DNA from: a bacterium
Lineage (GTDB): Bacteria; SZUA-182; DTGQ01; JAFGSM01
DNA: 63,084 bases
Assembly: GCA_049472335.1 (NCBI GenBank)
Contig: JBLIRO010000023.1
Coordinates: 1-63,084 of the forward strand
Direction: 5' to 3'
Part shown: in pieces, positions 47,745-58,344 of the stretch
How positions within the stretch are numbered: the stretch's first letter is position 1
Layout of the letters: each line of letters opens with the position of its first letter
The notes under the pieces: generated by a model
Told to the model about the DNA's origin: nothing
Seen by the model: the letters and a program-made list of their open reading frames with translations, nothing else
Database searches by the model: none
Translations under genes and position numbers: made by a program

Positions 47745-49166
47745 TTGTTTAAGATTGCGGGGTCTTATACATTGACGGGACTTCTTCTTATACTGGCTCT
47801 TAGCCTTACTACAATTATAGTCATTGCCGTGACCAATAAGTTTACTGGTTTTCTGGATTTTCGCAATCTGTCTATTATCGGTTTTTTCGCTCTGACATAT
47901 TCCTTGAACATAATTGGTGCAGTTTTGATTTTTTTTCAAAGACAGGACGTGCTGGATGAAATCAGGTATTCATACTTGTTAATGATTTTTTTGGGGCTTA
48001 TAGGGGTCTGTATCGGATCTGTATTGGTTTGCATGTGGAAAGATTTTAATCCAAGGGAAACAAAAAATTTTTTAACTTCTAATTTTCACCTGGGAGTACC
48101 TCTCTATAGCATATTCCCCTCTGTTATGATAGGAATAGGTCTGGCGATTTTCTTATTTTTAGCTTATTCTAAAAGTATTCCACATTTACCTATTGCATAC
48201 TTGCTGTCCTCTGATATGGATGCAGTAATGCTTAAACTTGTTCGTGCATCGGGGTATAAGACACTACCCAACTACATAACCCATCCTATGAATTTTGTAC
48301 GTATGGTTTTTTTCCCTTATTTGATAGTTTTAACCTTTCTTTTGGCTCATCAATTTCGAAAAAATGGTTTGCGTCTGCTTTTCATGGTGACTTTTCTGTC
48401 GGCCGTTATCTTTAATAGCTATACAACAGCTCTTTTCCCGGTAGTAATGCTGTTTGCCATCATCTTATTGACCTCTTGGGTGAAGCATAGTATTAAGGTT
48501 CGCCATTTACCTTTAATTTTGATTGGTGCATTTGCTTTTCCGGTAATATCAGCCTATTTAACCCGCTCATCGAGCGGGATGTTATCTATTATGGAAGGGG
48601 AGTTTATTCGTCATTTTCAGCGTTTTTTTTATGAGATCCCGGATATACTACTTTCGTACGTAATATTTTACTGGGATGCCGGGAGTAAGTTACTGGGATC
48701 AGCCCATAGGCCTTTTTCTTTATTGCTTGGTCAAAAAAGCCTGAATGTTGCCAATATTATTTTTCTTTATCGCAATCCAACAGGTTATTATCTGGGCAAT
48801 GCAAGCGCTCCATTTGTGGGGTATCTATATGCAGATTTTGGATTATGGGGAGTGTTAATTGGTGCAATTGCTACTGGGATTATTCTTCAGGCTGTTCATA
48901 TTCATTGTGTTCGACGTGAGCATAATCTTTTCAATCTTGCCTTATATATTATGGTTGTTTGGGCAGGTTTAGTGACACCGGCTACCAACATTACAACAGG
49001 TCTGATTTCAAAGGGGCTGCTTCCTGTTCTGTTTGTGCCATGGGGGATGAGAATGTTCAGCAATTTTTGGCATCAAATCGAAAGATATCGAGTTAAGCCC
49101 AATTTAATTACTTCAGAATCGATGTCTTTGCCTTTTGTCACGAGAACAAAAATAGGTAAGTTATAA
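47745..49166 (+). CDS. Probable Wzy polysaccharide polymerase
   Basis: ~10-12 TM segments, GYLYADFGLWG motif, position in the Wzx locus. Confidence 0.75.
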   Translation: MFKIAGSYTLTGLLLILALSLTTIIVIAVTNKFTGFLDFRNLSIIGFFALTYSLNIIGAVLIFFQRQDVLDEIRYSYLLMIFLGLIGVCIGSVLVCMWKDFNPRETKNFLTSNFHLGVPLYSIFPSVMIGIGLAIFLFLAYSKSIPHLPIAYLLSSDMDAVMLKLVRASGYKTLPNYITHPMNFVRMVFFPYLIVLTFLLAHQFRKNGLRLLFMVTFLSAVIFNSYTTALFPVVMLFAIILLTSWVKHSIKVRHLPLILIGAFAFPVISAYLTRSSSGMLSIMEGEFIRHFQRFFYEIPDILLSYVIFYWDAGSKLLGSAHRPFSLLLGQKSLNVANIIFLYRNPTGYYLGNASAPFVGYLYADFGLWGVLIGAIATGIILQAVHIHCVRREHNLFNLALYIMVVWAGLVTPATNITTGLISKGLLPVLFVPWGMRMFSNFWHQIERYRVKPNLITSESMSLPFVTRTKIGKL

Positions 49167-49217
49167 AAGACATAAATACCAGCAATTCTAATTATGACAA
49201 TTACGTTATTGAACCGC

Positions 49218-49307
49218 GGGGTCAGGTCTTGAAATATTGACAACGGCCCTTGAGGATAATCGCTAAATATATGGTTTGCCCGTTCTCATATTTCAAGACC
49301 TGACCCC
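49218..49307. repeat. REP/REPIN-like element with perfect 20-bp inverted repeats
   Basis: GGGGTCAGGTCTTGAAATAT ... ATATTTCAAGACCTGACCCC around a 50-bp spacer. Confidence 0.85.
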
Positions 49308-49340
49308 ACTAACCAAAAGGTTTTTCGCCCATAATTAGAA

Positions 49341-50528
49341 TTGCTGCATAAATACAAAGAAGCTATGTCTATCAAAGTAGCATATGTACATAATGTTTGT
49401 ATGTACTATAAGACCCCTTTGTTGGCTAGAATTGCCAGCCAGCCTGAAATATGTTTGCATGGTTTTTTCGGTCAATCGCACTGGAAAAACAGCAAGCTTT
49501 ATACAGAAAGAAATATTAAAAGCTTCCCGCTAACCATATTGCCTACCCTTGATCTTTTTATCCCCTATAAGGGAAGGGGCCTCCATGTCTTTTGGAATCC
49601 AACCCTTTTTAAAGCCTTATCCGGTTTTCGTCCTGAAGTGATAATTGCCGGGAATAGTAATTTCCCTAACAACCTTACAGTAGTACTTTATGCCCGCTAT
49701 TTCAATATACCTTATATCTGGCATGGCATCGGCAGTATGTATGATAATGACACTTTTTTGAGACGTTTTTTCAGGATCCCATTGCTATGGTTTTTTAACA
49801 ATGCAAATGCAGGAATTGCTTTTAATAAGAAAGCAAAAGGATATTTTATAGAAAAATTTAATTTTCCTTCGAAAAAGATATTTGTAGCTCCTAATTTGGT
49901 GGATACTCAAATGGTTGAATGGGAAAGCCAACACCTATCTGCATCAGTTGATGCAAAACGCCGGGAACTCAGACTGGAGGGTATGAAAACGGTATTGTTC
50001 GTTGGAGCTTTGGAACCTGCAAAGCGAGTTGATTATTTACTCCGGGCATTTGCTTTGATATGTAAGGAAGTTCCCAATGCAGTTTTGCTTATTGTTGGTG
50101 ATGGAAGTGATCGTTTTAAACTAAAAAGACTTACGGTAGAATTAGGGCTGGATAATGTTATTTTTTTAGGGAGGCATGTTTCCGATGCAAACCTTTACTA
50201 TATGTTGAGTGATATATTTGTTTTGCCGGGATTAGGGGGATTGGCAATTAGTCATGCAATGTCACATGGATTGCCTGTTATTTCAGCTAAAGCAGATGGT
50301 ACTGAACTAGATCTTATAATTAATGGTAAAAATGGTTTTATTTTGTCTGGTGATAAACTTGTCGAGGAAATAAGCCAAAAAATAAAAATATTGCTTCTTG
50401 ATGATTATTTAAGGATAAAAATGGGACAGGAATCAAGATGTCTGATATCTGAACGTTTCAATATTAATAATACAGCTATGATTTTCAACCAGGCAGTGAG
50501 AAGTGTTTTGAAAAATTATGAAGATTGA
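49341..50528 (+). CDS. Glycosyltransferase family 4
   Basis: LFVGALEPAKRVD, IVGDG, DIFVLPGLGGL, GLPVI. Confidence 0.92.
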   Translation: MLHKYKEAMSIKVAYVHNVCMYYKTPLLARIASQPEICLHGFFGQSHWKNSKLYTERNIKSFPLTILPTLDLFIPYKGRGLHVFWNPTLFKALSGFRPEVIIAGNSNFPNNLTVVLYARYFNIPYIWHGIGSMYDNDTFLRRFFRIPLLWFFNNANAGIAFNKKAKGYFIEKFNFPSKKIFVAPNLVDTQMVEWESQHLSASVDAKRRELRLEGMKTVLFVGALEPAKRVDYLLRAFALICKEVPNAVLLIVGDGSDRFKLKRLTVELGLDNVIFLGRHVSDANLYYMLSDIFVLPGLGGLAISHAMSHGLPVISAKADGTELDLIINGKNGFILSGDKLVEEISQKIKILLLDDYLRIKMGQESRCLISERFNINNTAMIFNQAVRSVLKNYED

Positions 50529-51582
50529 GGCAATCAGGATAATACCCGGGGTACAGATTCATTATTCGGATAAGAAGCAGTGTGTCGGCTCCAGGAACCT
50601 GGATCTTGTTCAAAGCCCCGATCGAGGGATAACCTGGGGGGTGGTATGCCGGTTGCCCGTCCCTGCGCATAGATCATTACTGATGAGATCTGATCTATAT
50701 CGCCGCCTGGTTCGGGGCGGCATACACTCGGTTTTGCCTATAGAGAATGCCGATTACCCGGGTTACATTGTGGTAGCGGAAGGACAAATCTATTGGATAT
50801 CTTCCGACGGCCGGCAAGTTAAGATTATTTTCCAGATACGGAATGGCAGCCGTCCACTCCGGCGGGGGATATGCGTCATCGGAAATAAGGTGATAATGGG
50901 CGAATACTGGGGAAACGAAAACAGGGAACCTGTAAGCATTTATTGCATCCATATGGATTATCAAAGGATAGAAAATTGCAGAATAGAAAGATTGTATCAA
51001 TTCAAGAAAAATTCCATACGACACATTCATGCCATACAGCAGGACCCTTTCAGTAACCAGCTTTGGATTTCAACAGGGGACAATGATTCGGAGTGCATGA
51101 TTGCCGTGCTTAACAGAAAAACAGCAAAAATGGAGGTAGTGGGAATAGGAAGCCAGAAATGGCGCACACTCAGTTTTGCCTTCCGTCCCCAGACTGTTTA
51201 CTGGGGTACTGATAATCATCTGGGAGAAAACCGAATCTGGTGCCTGGACAGATTAACCGGAGTCACGAAAATGGTAGGCAAGGTTACAGGCCCTGTTTAT
51301 TACAATGCCTGCATGGAAGAATATATCATTTTCGGTACTACGATGGAAAAGGGCGAGGCTCAGCAGGATGGTTTCGGCCGTCTTTACGCTGTTGACTTGT
51401 ATGGCAAAATCGAAGAGGTATGGAAAAAAAAGAAAGACATCTGGAACGCGCGTTTATTTGGCTACGGGGTTTTTGAGTTTGCTGAGGGGCATCCGGACAA
51501 TAACAGGTTCTGGGTGACCACAAAGGGATTCAAAGGCAGGATGCGGAGCATTTTATTTGAGATCAGAGAAACTGAAAAATAA
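50518..51582 (+). CDS. Hypothetical beta-propeller (sialidase/WD40-like) protein
   Basis: SPDRGITW Asp-box, GEYWGN, IRHIHAIQQDP, WISTGD, YWGTD. Confidence 0.7.
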   Translation: MKIEAIRIIPGVQIHYSDKKQCVGSRNLDLVQSPDRGITWGVVCRLPVPAHRSLLMRSDLYRRLVRGGIHSVLPIENADYPGYIVVAEGQIYWISSDGRQVKIIFQIRNGSRPLRRGICVIGNKVIMGEYWGNENREPVSIYCIHMDYQRIENCRIERLYQFKKNSIRHIHAIQQDPFSNQLWISTGDNDSECMIAVLNRKTAKMEVVGIGSQKWRTLSFAFRPQTVYWGTDNHLGENRIWCLDRLTGVTKMVGKVTGPVYYNACMEEYIIFGTTMEKGEAQQDGFGRLYAVDLYGKIEEVWKKKKDIWNARLFGYGVFEFAEGHPDNNRFWVTTKGFKGRMRSILFEIRETEK

Positions 51583-51597
51583 GACAAGAAATCATCG

Positions 51598-52557
51598 GTG
51601 AAGATGACCGGAATATCATTTTTTTTCATTGTAGGGGTCGGGCGATCAGGTACAACGCTTCTTATGTGCATGCTGAACGAACACCCTGATATTGTTACCC
51701 CGCCTGAGTTTCATTTTATAAGCCAGCATATGGTCAAGCGACCCAATATGGGCATGTTTGAAGCATCGGAGCGTTTGAAGAAAGATCCGCGGTTTGTGCG
51801 GCTGGGTTTGGATGTGGAGGATGTAATCCGCCCTTTTAAGGATGAAAAAGAACCTTTTTCCCCGGACCGGCTGTATAGATCAATACTCAGTACATACGCA
51901 GATAAGTATAAGGCCTGTGTCATTGGAGACAAGGCCCCCAAGAATATCGAGTATCTCCCTGTTTTACATAAAGTATTTCCTGAATGCAGGATCATACATC
52001 TGATTCGGGACCCCAGGGATGTATACCTCTCCAGGATCAAGGCGGCATGGTCCATGTCCCGTCCGGACACATTGCAGTTCCTTGCCTATCGGGCCCAGTA
52101 TGGCATGGGGCATCAAATCGGCTTAAGGCTTTTCGGGGATAATTACCTGGAGGTACATTACGAAGAATTGCTGAAACAACCTGAAACAGAGCTGAAATGC
52201 ATCTGTGATTTTTTGGAGGTACCGTTTAGTCATAAGATGATGAATTTTTCCAACTCGGCAAGGAGATTGGTGTTCTCTGATGAGATAAACTGGAAAAAGG
52301 AGGCCCTGGGTCCATTGTTGATCAACAATAAAGATAAATGGCGAAGTGAGTTGCCCTCAGAAAAGGTAGCGCGCATAGAGGCAGCCTGCTCTCCGGTATT
52401 TAAGAAGGGTTTCTATACACCCTCTCAGCAAGGCCGCACATTGCAATCCGTTATAAGATATAGAATAATAGATGGATATATGGCGATATTGAGCGAATTA
52501 TACCATTTGTTGACAATGGCGAAAAATCGCCGGATATTGAGATTTATGGATTCGTAA
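51598..52557 (+). CDS. PAPS-dependent sulfotransferase (Sulfotransfer_3-like)
   Basis: 5'-PSB FIVGVGRSGTTLL, GDKAP, 3'-PB IHLIRDPRDVYLS, VHYEEL..PE..L..ICDFL. Confidence 0.93.
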   Translation: MKMTGISFFFIVGVGRSGTTLLMCMLNEHPDIVTPPEFHFISQHMVKRPNMGMFEASERLKKDPRFVRLGLDVEDVIRPFKDEKEPFSPDRLYRSILSTYADKYKACVIGDKAPKNIEYLPVLHKVFPECRIIHLIRDPRDVYLSRIKAAWSMSRPDTLQFLAYRAQYGMGHQIGLRLFGDNYLEVHYEELLKQPETELKCICDFLEVPFSHKMMNFSNSARRLVFSDEINWKKEALGPLLINNKDKWRSELPSEKVARIEAACSPVFKKGFYTPSQQGRTLQSVIRYRIIDGYMAILSELYHLLTMAKNRRILRFMDS

Positions 52558-52589
52558 GAAAAAAGACGCGGGAAAGGAAATAGTATTCA

Positions 52590-53666
52590 ATGCTAATAAT
52601 CCATGTTGTCGGGGCCAGGCCAAACTTTATGAAGGTAGCCCCTGTAGTAAAGGCTTTAAATCTTCATACGGATTTTTGTCAGATCATAGTTCATACCGGA
52701 CAGCATTATGACGCAAATATGTCCGAGATCTTTTTTCAGCAACTGGATATCCCGGAACCGGACATCAATCTGGATGTGGGCTCAGGATCCCATGCCCAGC
52801 AGACAGCCCAGATCATGAGCCGGTTTGAACCAATCGTGCTGAAACAAAAGCCGGACCTTTTGCTTGTCTATGGGGATGTAAACTCCACAGTGGCCACTGC
52901 GCTGGTTTGCTCTAAATTACATATACCTGTCGGGCATGTGGAAGCGGGCCTTCGGTCTTTTGACCGTGCTATGCCGGAGGAAATAAACCGTCTCCTCACG
53001 GACCAGGTAGCTGATCTGCTCTTTACCCCTTCCGCAGATGGAAACGAAAATCTATTGAGGGAAGGGGTCCCGGCAGAAAAGATCCATCTGGTTGGAAATG
53101 TGATGATCGACACACTGGTCCGTTTGCTGCCCAGGGCGGACAACTCCATCTCACATGACTCCAATTACGCCCTGGTTACCCTGCATCGCCCGTCAAATGT
53201 CGATGAACCTCATATGCTGAGAAAGATAATATCCGCTTTGGATGAAATCAGTCATAAGCTGCATGTCATATTCCCCATTCATCCCCGCACCAGAAGCAGG
53301 ATGAAGGAGTTAAAGCTCACTGCAGCCAATTCATCCCTGAAGCTCATTGACCCGGTAGGTTATTTGCAGTTCCTGGCTCTGCAAAAGCGTGCTGCGGTTC
53401 TGATTACTGATTCGGGGGGGATACAGGAAGAAACCACCTATCTGGGCGTTCCATGTCTAACTATCCGGGAAAATACTGAAAGACCGGTTACGATAACAAC
53501 AGGGACGAACATGCTTGTGGGAACGGATATGGAAAGGCTTAAGGCAGAGGTGGACAGGATTTTATCCGGTGAGGCCAAAAAAGGGACACTCCCGCCGCTG
53601 TGGGATGGTAAGGCAAGTGAGCGAATAGCCGGCGTTATAAAAGAATGGGGCGCGAACCAACAATAA
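52590..53666 (+). CDS. wecB: UDP-N-acetylglucosamine 2-epimerase (non-hydrolysing)
   Basis: VGARPNFMK, HTGQHYD, HVEAGLRS, MPEEINR, TDSGGIQEE, RENTERP. Confidence 0.95.
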   Translation: MLIIHVVGARPNFMKVAPVVKALNLHTDFCQIIVHTGQHYDANMSEIFFQQLDIPEPDINLDVGSGSHAQQTAQIMSRFEPIVLKQKPDLLLVYGDVNSTVATALVCSKLHIPVGHVEAGLRSFDRAMPEEINRLLTDQVADLLFTPSADGNENLLREGVPAEKIHLVGNVMIDTLVRLLPRADNSISHDSNYALVTLHRPSNVDEPHMLRKIISALDEISHKLHVIFPIHPRTRSRMKELKLTAANSSLKLIDPVGYLQFLALQKRAAVLITDSGGIQEETTYLGVPCLTIRENTERPVTITTGTNMLVGTDMERLKAEVDRILSGEAKKGTLPPLWDGKASERIAGVIKEWGANQQ

Positions 53667-55831
53667 ATAATATCCGGACAGCCTTGCATATACCGAGATA
53701 CTTAGGCTTAAACTGGGTGCTGTTTCGGGTATTATATGCAGGTAAGCAAAGGCTAGGCCTGTTACAGCGCCGCTTTCCAATGGCCTCGTGGGACGACAAG
53801 CCATTAAAGGATTTCCTGAAAGAACCCGCCCTGGCAGATCCCGAGGTTTATCTACGCTATCGAAGGGAAGATAGCCCCGTTTTTCTTTTTAATCCCGGAC
53901 AGCGGCAAAGGTTTGCCCCGTTTTTTAAGACATGGAAAGATAATAATGAGAACCTGTTGTCATATGCAGGGCAAATCGGGCAGGGAAGGTTCTGCTATTT
54001 TAATCATGAAAGGATAGATACAGGTTTTCCGCCTGCCTGGCATATAAATCCCTTTTCCGGAGAGCACATCCCTCCGGACCGTCATTGGAGCAAAATCGGG
54101 GATTTTGACAATGGTGATATAAAGGTTGTCTGGGAGCTTAACCGTTTTGGCTTTGTTTACCCCCTGGTGCGGGCTTACTGGCGCACCGGAAACGATTTAT
54201 ACGCCCGGTTGTTCTGGCAGCTTATTGAAAGCTGGATGGCCCGGAATCATCCTCATCAGGGGCCGAACTGGAAGTGCGGACAAGAGATCAGCTTCAGATT
54301 AATGGCATGGTGTTTTGGCCTTTATGGCTTCCTGAACAGCGGTGAAACAACGGCTGACAGAGTGGCTGCCCTGGCACGGATGATAGCCTTTTCCGGAGAA
54401 AGGATCGCTTCTGTTGTCAGTTATGCCTTAAGCCAGAAAAACAATCACGCTATAAGCGAGGGAATGGGGCTTTGGACCATAGGAACCCTGTTTCCGGAGC
54501 TCAAGCCGGCAGAGGCGTGGGAAGGGCTCGGACGTCATATCCTCGAGACACAGGGGCGGGAGCTTATTTATGAAGACGGATCTTTTGCCCAGCATTCACT
54601 TAACTATCAGAGGTTGATGATTCAGGATTACCTGTGGTCTTTACGCCTGGGGGATCTCCACGATAAGCCGTTCAGCAGAGAATTAAAAGAGAGGTTAGGG
54701 AAGTCTGTCCTTTTTCTTTACCAGGTTCAGGACAAGGAAAGCGGACAGGTCCCCCTGTACGGACAAAATGACGGCTCACTTGTCCTGCCCTTGAACGGCT
54801 GCGGCTATCATGATTTCAGGCCGGTTATTCAGGCTGCTCATTACCTTGTCACGGGCAGTCGCTGCTTTCCTCCCGGCCCCTGGGACGAAGACCTGTTGTG
54901 GCTGTTCGGAGAGGAAGCCCTTAAGGCCCCTGTAATATCATTGGAAAAGAAGGAGCTTAAAGCGGATACCGGGGGGTATTACACCTTAAGATCATCTGAT
55001 GGTTTTATCCTTACACGCTGCGCATCCTTTCGGCATCGTCCCGGTCAGGCGGATATGCTTCACGCGGACTTGTGGTGGAAAGGGCAGAATATCGCTCTGG
55101 ATCCGGGGACCTGCAGCTATAATGCCGATACTCCGTGGGACAATCCCTTTTCTCATACAGCTTATCATAATACGGTGACAGTGGATGGTCTCGACCAGAT
55201 GAAGCGGGTGAGCAGGTTTTTATGGCTGCCCTGGATATCAGGCCGGGTGATCCGATATCAGGAATCCGCTGGCAAACAATTTACCTATTGGGAAGGCGAG
55301 CATACCGGCTATAGCTCCCTGAAACAGGGAGTCCGTCATTGCCGGGGGATTTTACGATTGGGAACAGACTACTGGCTGGTTTTGGACGCACTGAGGAGTA
55401 AGGGAGAGCACAGTTACCGGCTGCACTGGCTCTTTCCTGATGTGCCTCATATCTGGGATGAAAAAAGCGGGTCCTTGAGGCTTCAAACCGCGGCGGGCGA
55501 TTATTATATCCGGATGGCCGAATTTTCGGGCAAGGGTGAATATTTATTGATAAGGGCGGACGAAGAAAGCCCCAGGGGATGGAGATCGCCTTATTATAAT
55601 CACCGGGAGCCTGCCTTGTCGGTGGATCTGGTTTCAGTCAAAGATAACGCCTATTTCCGGACCCTTTTTGGTCCGGAGGATTGTAAGGTAGATTATGAAA
55701 AGGATATTCTGCATATCGAGGGTAATGCCTGGACTGCAGAGATCAGTTTGCGGTTCGAGGCCGGTATGTCATTGATTCGGTCCGCTTCCATCAAAGGAAA
55801 ATTTGAGGATAAAATAGAAATCAATCGATGA
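53645..55831 (+). CDS. Heparinase II/III-like (alginate lyase-fold) protein
   Basis: DIKVVWELNRF, NNHAISE, EDGSF.QHS.NY, GQNDG, QADMLH.DL, DPGT.SY, HNTVTVDG.DQ. Confidence 0.9.
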   Translation: MGREPTINNIRTALHIPRYLGLNWVLFRVLYAGKQRLGLLQRRFPMASWDDKPLKDFLKEPALADPEVYLRYRREDSPVFLFNPGQRQRFAPFFKTWKDNNENLLSYAGQIGQGRFCYFNHERIDTGFPPAWHINPFSGEHIPPDRHWSKIGDFDNGDIKVVWELNRFGFVYPLVRAYWRTGNDLYARLFWQLIESWMARNHPHQGPNWKCGQEISFRLMAWCFGLYGFLNSGETTADRVAALARMIAFSGERIASVVSYALSQKNNHAISEGMGLWTIGTLFPELKPAEAWEGLGRHILETQGRELIYEDGSFAQHSLNYQRLMIQDYLWSLRLGDLHDKPFSRELKERLGKSVLFLYQVQDKESGQVPLYGQNDGSLVLPLNGCGYHDFRPVIQAAHYLVTGSRCFPPGPWDEDLLWLFGEEALKAPVISLEKKELKADTGGYYTLRSSDGFILTRCASFRHRPGQADMLHADLWWKGQNIALDPGTCSYNADTPWDNPFSHTAYHNTVTVDGLDQMKRVSRFLWLPWISGRVIRYQESAGKQFTYWEGEHTGYSSLKQGVRHCRGILRLGTDYWLVLDALRSKGEHSYRLHWLFPDVPHIWDEKSGSLRLQTAAGDYYIRMAEFSGKGEYLLIRADEESPRGWRSPYYNHREPALSVDLVSVKDNAYFRTLFGPEDCKVDYEKDILHIEGNAWTAEISLRFEAGMSLIRSASIKGKFEDKIEINR

Positions 55832-57066
55832 AAATCCTTCTCATACACCAGGCCTTCGCGTCTCATAAAGAGGCAGGAGGCACCCGCCATTTTGAACTGG
55901 CCCGCCATCTGGTCCAAAAAGGCCATGAATTTACAATAATAGCGAGCAATGTCAGCTACTTAAGCGGAAGGCGTGTTTTTAAAAACAAAAGACTGATCGA
56001 TGTACAGAACATCGAAGGAATAAATATTTTACGCGCTTATACTTGTTCATCTTTGCACCGCGGTTATTTTTCCCGTGTAATCTCTTTTATTTGTTTCATG
56101 ATCACATCTCTCATAGCTGCGGTAAAGATCAGAATCAAAGAGGATGCGGACCTGGTAATCGGAACGACTCCCCCCTTGTTTCAGGCGGGTTCGGCCTGGC
56201 TGGCCGCAAAGATGTTCAAATGTCCTTTCTTGCTTGAGATTCGGGATTTATGGCCGGAGTTTGCCATTGATATGGGCGTGCTCACAAATCCTGTTCTTAT
56301 AAGGATCTCCCGGTGGTTTGAGCATTTCCTTTACAGGCATGCCGCCCATTTGATAGTCAATTCACCGGCATACAGGGATTATCTGATTGGCAAAAAAGTG
56401 CCCGCATCAAAGATCACGCTTATACCAAACGGCGTGGATACTAAGATGTTTGACCGGGATGGTGACGGAGAAAGGATTAGGAAAAGGGTAGGGCTCAAGG
56501 GAAAATTTGTGGTTACCTATGCAGGGGCGCTGGGAGCGGCCAATGATATAGATACTATCCTTCGTGCCGCAAATCATCTGAAGCGTGAGCCCAATATCCA
56601 GTTCATGCTGGTTGGTGACGGAAAAGAACGGCTGCGGCTGGAAGCGGTGGCAAAGGAATGGAATATCCATAATGTAACCTTTACAGGCTTTTATCCCAAA
56701 ACCGACATGGCAGGCATACTTGCCGCCTCCGATACATGTGTCGCAACGCTTAGGGATATTCCGGCATTCAGAACTACCTATCCCAACAAGGTCTTTGATT
56801 ATATGGCAGCAGGCAGGCCTATAATCCTGGGTATTGACGGAGTGATCAGAAAGGTGATAGAGAAGGCAAAGGCAGGCATCTTCGTGCCTCCGGGTGATGA
56901 TTTTGCTATGGCTGAGGCTGTTTATGAATTGTATAAGAACCCGGAGCGGGCCGTTTCAATGGGAATGGCCGGAAGATCATATGTAGAGAAGCATTTCGAC
57001 AGAAAAAAACAGGCCGGGGAGTTCCTCCGGCTTTTAAAGAGGCTGGGTAATGGAACGGTTTCTTGA
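55828..57066 (+). CDS. Glycosyltransferase family 4 (WbuB-like)
   Basis: GTTPPLF, EIRDLWPE, IPNG, YAGALG, PNKVFDYMAAGRP. Confidence 0.93.
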   Translation: MKILLIHQAFASHKEAGGTRHFELARHLVQKGHEFTIIASNVSYLSGRRVFKNKRLIDVQNIEGINILRAYTCSSLHRGYFSRVISFICFMITSLIAAVKIRIKEDADLVIGTTPPLFQAGSAWLAAKMFKCPFLLEIRDLWPEFAIDMGVLTNPVLIRISRWFEHFLYRHAAHLIVNSPAYRDYLIGKKVPASKITLIPNGVDTKMFDRDGDGERIRKRVGLKGKFVVTYAGALGAANDIDTILRAANHLKREPNIQFMLVGDGKERLRLEAVAKEWNIHNVTFTGFYPKTDMAGILAASDTCVATLRDIPAFRTTYPNKVFDYMAAGRPIILGIDGVIRKVIEKAKAGIFVPPGDDFAMAEAVYELYKNPERAVSMGMAGRSYVEKHFDRKKQAGEFLRLLKRLGNGTVS

Positions 57067-57634
57067 TCTGGTTATGGCCCTGCCGGCCATCATCCTCATA
57101 TCTCCCATACTGATTCTCACTACAATCCTGGTTCGCTTAAACCTGGGTTCCCCGGTTTTGTTCCGTCAGCAGCGACCGGGTCTGAAAGGAAAGCCGTTCA
57201 TATTATTAAAGTTTCGAACCATGAAGGATATATATGACGGCCAGGGGAGATTATTACCTGATGAGAGACGTTTGAAAGGTTTTGGCAGATTTTTACGAAG
57301 GACCAGCCTGGACGAGCTGCCTGAGCTTTTTAATATCATCAAAGGTGACATGCGGCTTGTAGGCCCTCGTCCCCTGCTCATGGAATACCTGGACCGTTAT
57401 ACACCTTTCCAGATGCGACGGCATGAAGTAAAGCCGGGAATCACCGGATGGGCGCAGGTGAATGGCCGCAATGCCCTGACCTGGCAGGAAAAATTCAGTT
57501 TGGATGTCTGGTATGTGGATCATAAATCTTTCTGGCTTGATCTGAAGATTGTTCTCCTGACCATATGGAAGATTGTCAAATGCGAGGGCATAAGTCATCC
57601 AGGCCATGTAACCATGGAAAGGTTCATGGGATAG
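57050..57634 (+). CDS. Undecaprenyl-phosphate phosphoglycosyltransferase (PglC-like)
   Basis: F.QQRPG, KFRTM, LRRTSLDELP, VGPRP, KPGITGWAQVNGRN, DVWY. Confidence 0.95.
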   Translation: MERFLDLVMALPAIILISPILILTTILVRLNLGSPVLFRQQRPGLKGKPFILLKFRTMKDIYDGQGRLLPDERRLKGFGRFLRRTSLDELPELFNIIKGDMRLVGPRPLLMEYLDRYTPFQMRRHEVKPGITGWAQVNGRNALTWQEKFSLDVWYVDHKSFWLDLKIVLLTIWKIVKCEGISHPGHVTMERFMG

Positions 57635-57651
57635 AAAGGACCCCGGCTTTT

Positions 57652-58344
57652 ATGCAGAAGATCATCATTATCGGAGCGGGCGGTTTCGGAAGGGAAACGG
57701 CCTTTCTGATTGAAGAGATAAACCGGCGGAAACAATGTTGGGACCTTTTGGGTTTTTTGGATGAGGATGTGACCATGCACGGGAAATTCCTCAATGGATA
57801 TTCTGTTCTCGGAGGCCTGGATTGGTGCCTAAATCATTCAAATACAGCCGTTGCCTGCGCTATAGGCAACCCTCAATCCCGCAAAAAGGTTGTGGGTATC
57901 CTTCTTAAACAGTCCGAGACTCAATTCCCCAATCTCATTCATCCGAATGTTATAAATTATCCCGGCAATATATTTAAAGCGGGAAATATCGTGCATCCCG
58001 GAAATATCATAAATGTCGATGTGACCGTTGGAAATTATGTATGCTTCGAGATGGGTTCCACCATCGGTCATGATGTGGTAATCGGAGACTTTGTAAGTGT
58101 CATGCCGGGGGTAAATATGGCGGGAAATGTGGTTCTGGAAGAAGGCTGTTTCCTTGGAACAGGCTGTTCAATTATCCAGAAAAAACGTATAGGGAAATGG
58201 TCGATCGTCGGCGCGGGCTCAGTAGTCATCGATGACGTACCGCCTTACTCCACCGTGGTCGGAGTCCCTGCCAGGGTAGTGAAGAGGGATGCAAATTTCA
58301 AAATGCAAAATCCAAATTTAAAAATTACCTCCTACAATTCATAG
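57652..58344 (+). CDS. NeuD/PglD family sugar acetyltransferase
   Basis: IIIGAGGFGRE, GFLD, AIGNP..R, IGHD, IVGAGSVV..DVP; start moved to the ATG after SD AAAGGA. Confidence 0.92.
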   Translation: MQKIIIIGAGGFGRETAFLIEEINRRKQCWDLLGFLDEDVTMHGKFLNGYSVLGGLDWCLNHSNTAVACAIGNPQSRKKVVGILLKQSETQFPNLIHPNVINYPGNIFKAGNIVHPGNIINVDVTVGNYVCFEMGSTIGHDVVIGDFVSVMPGVNMAGNVVLEEGCFLGTGCSIIQKKRIGKWSIVGAGSVVIDDVPPYSTVVGVPARVVKRDANFKMQNPNLKITSYNS

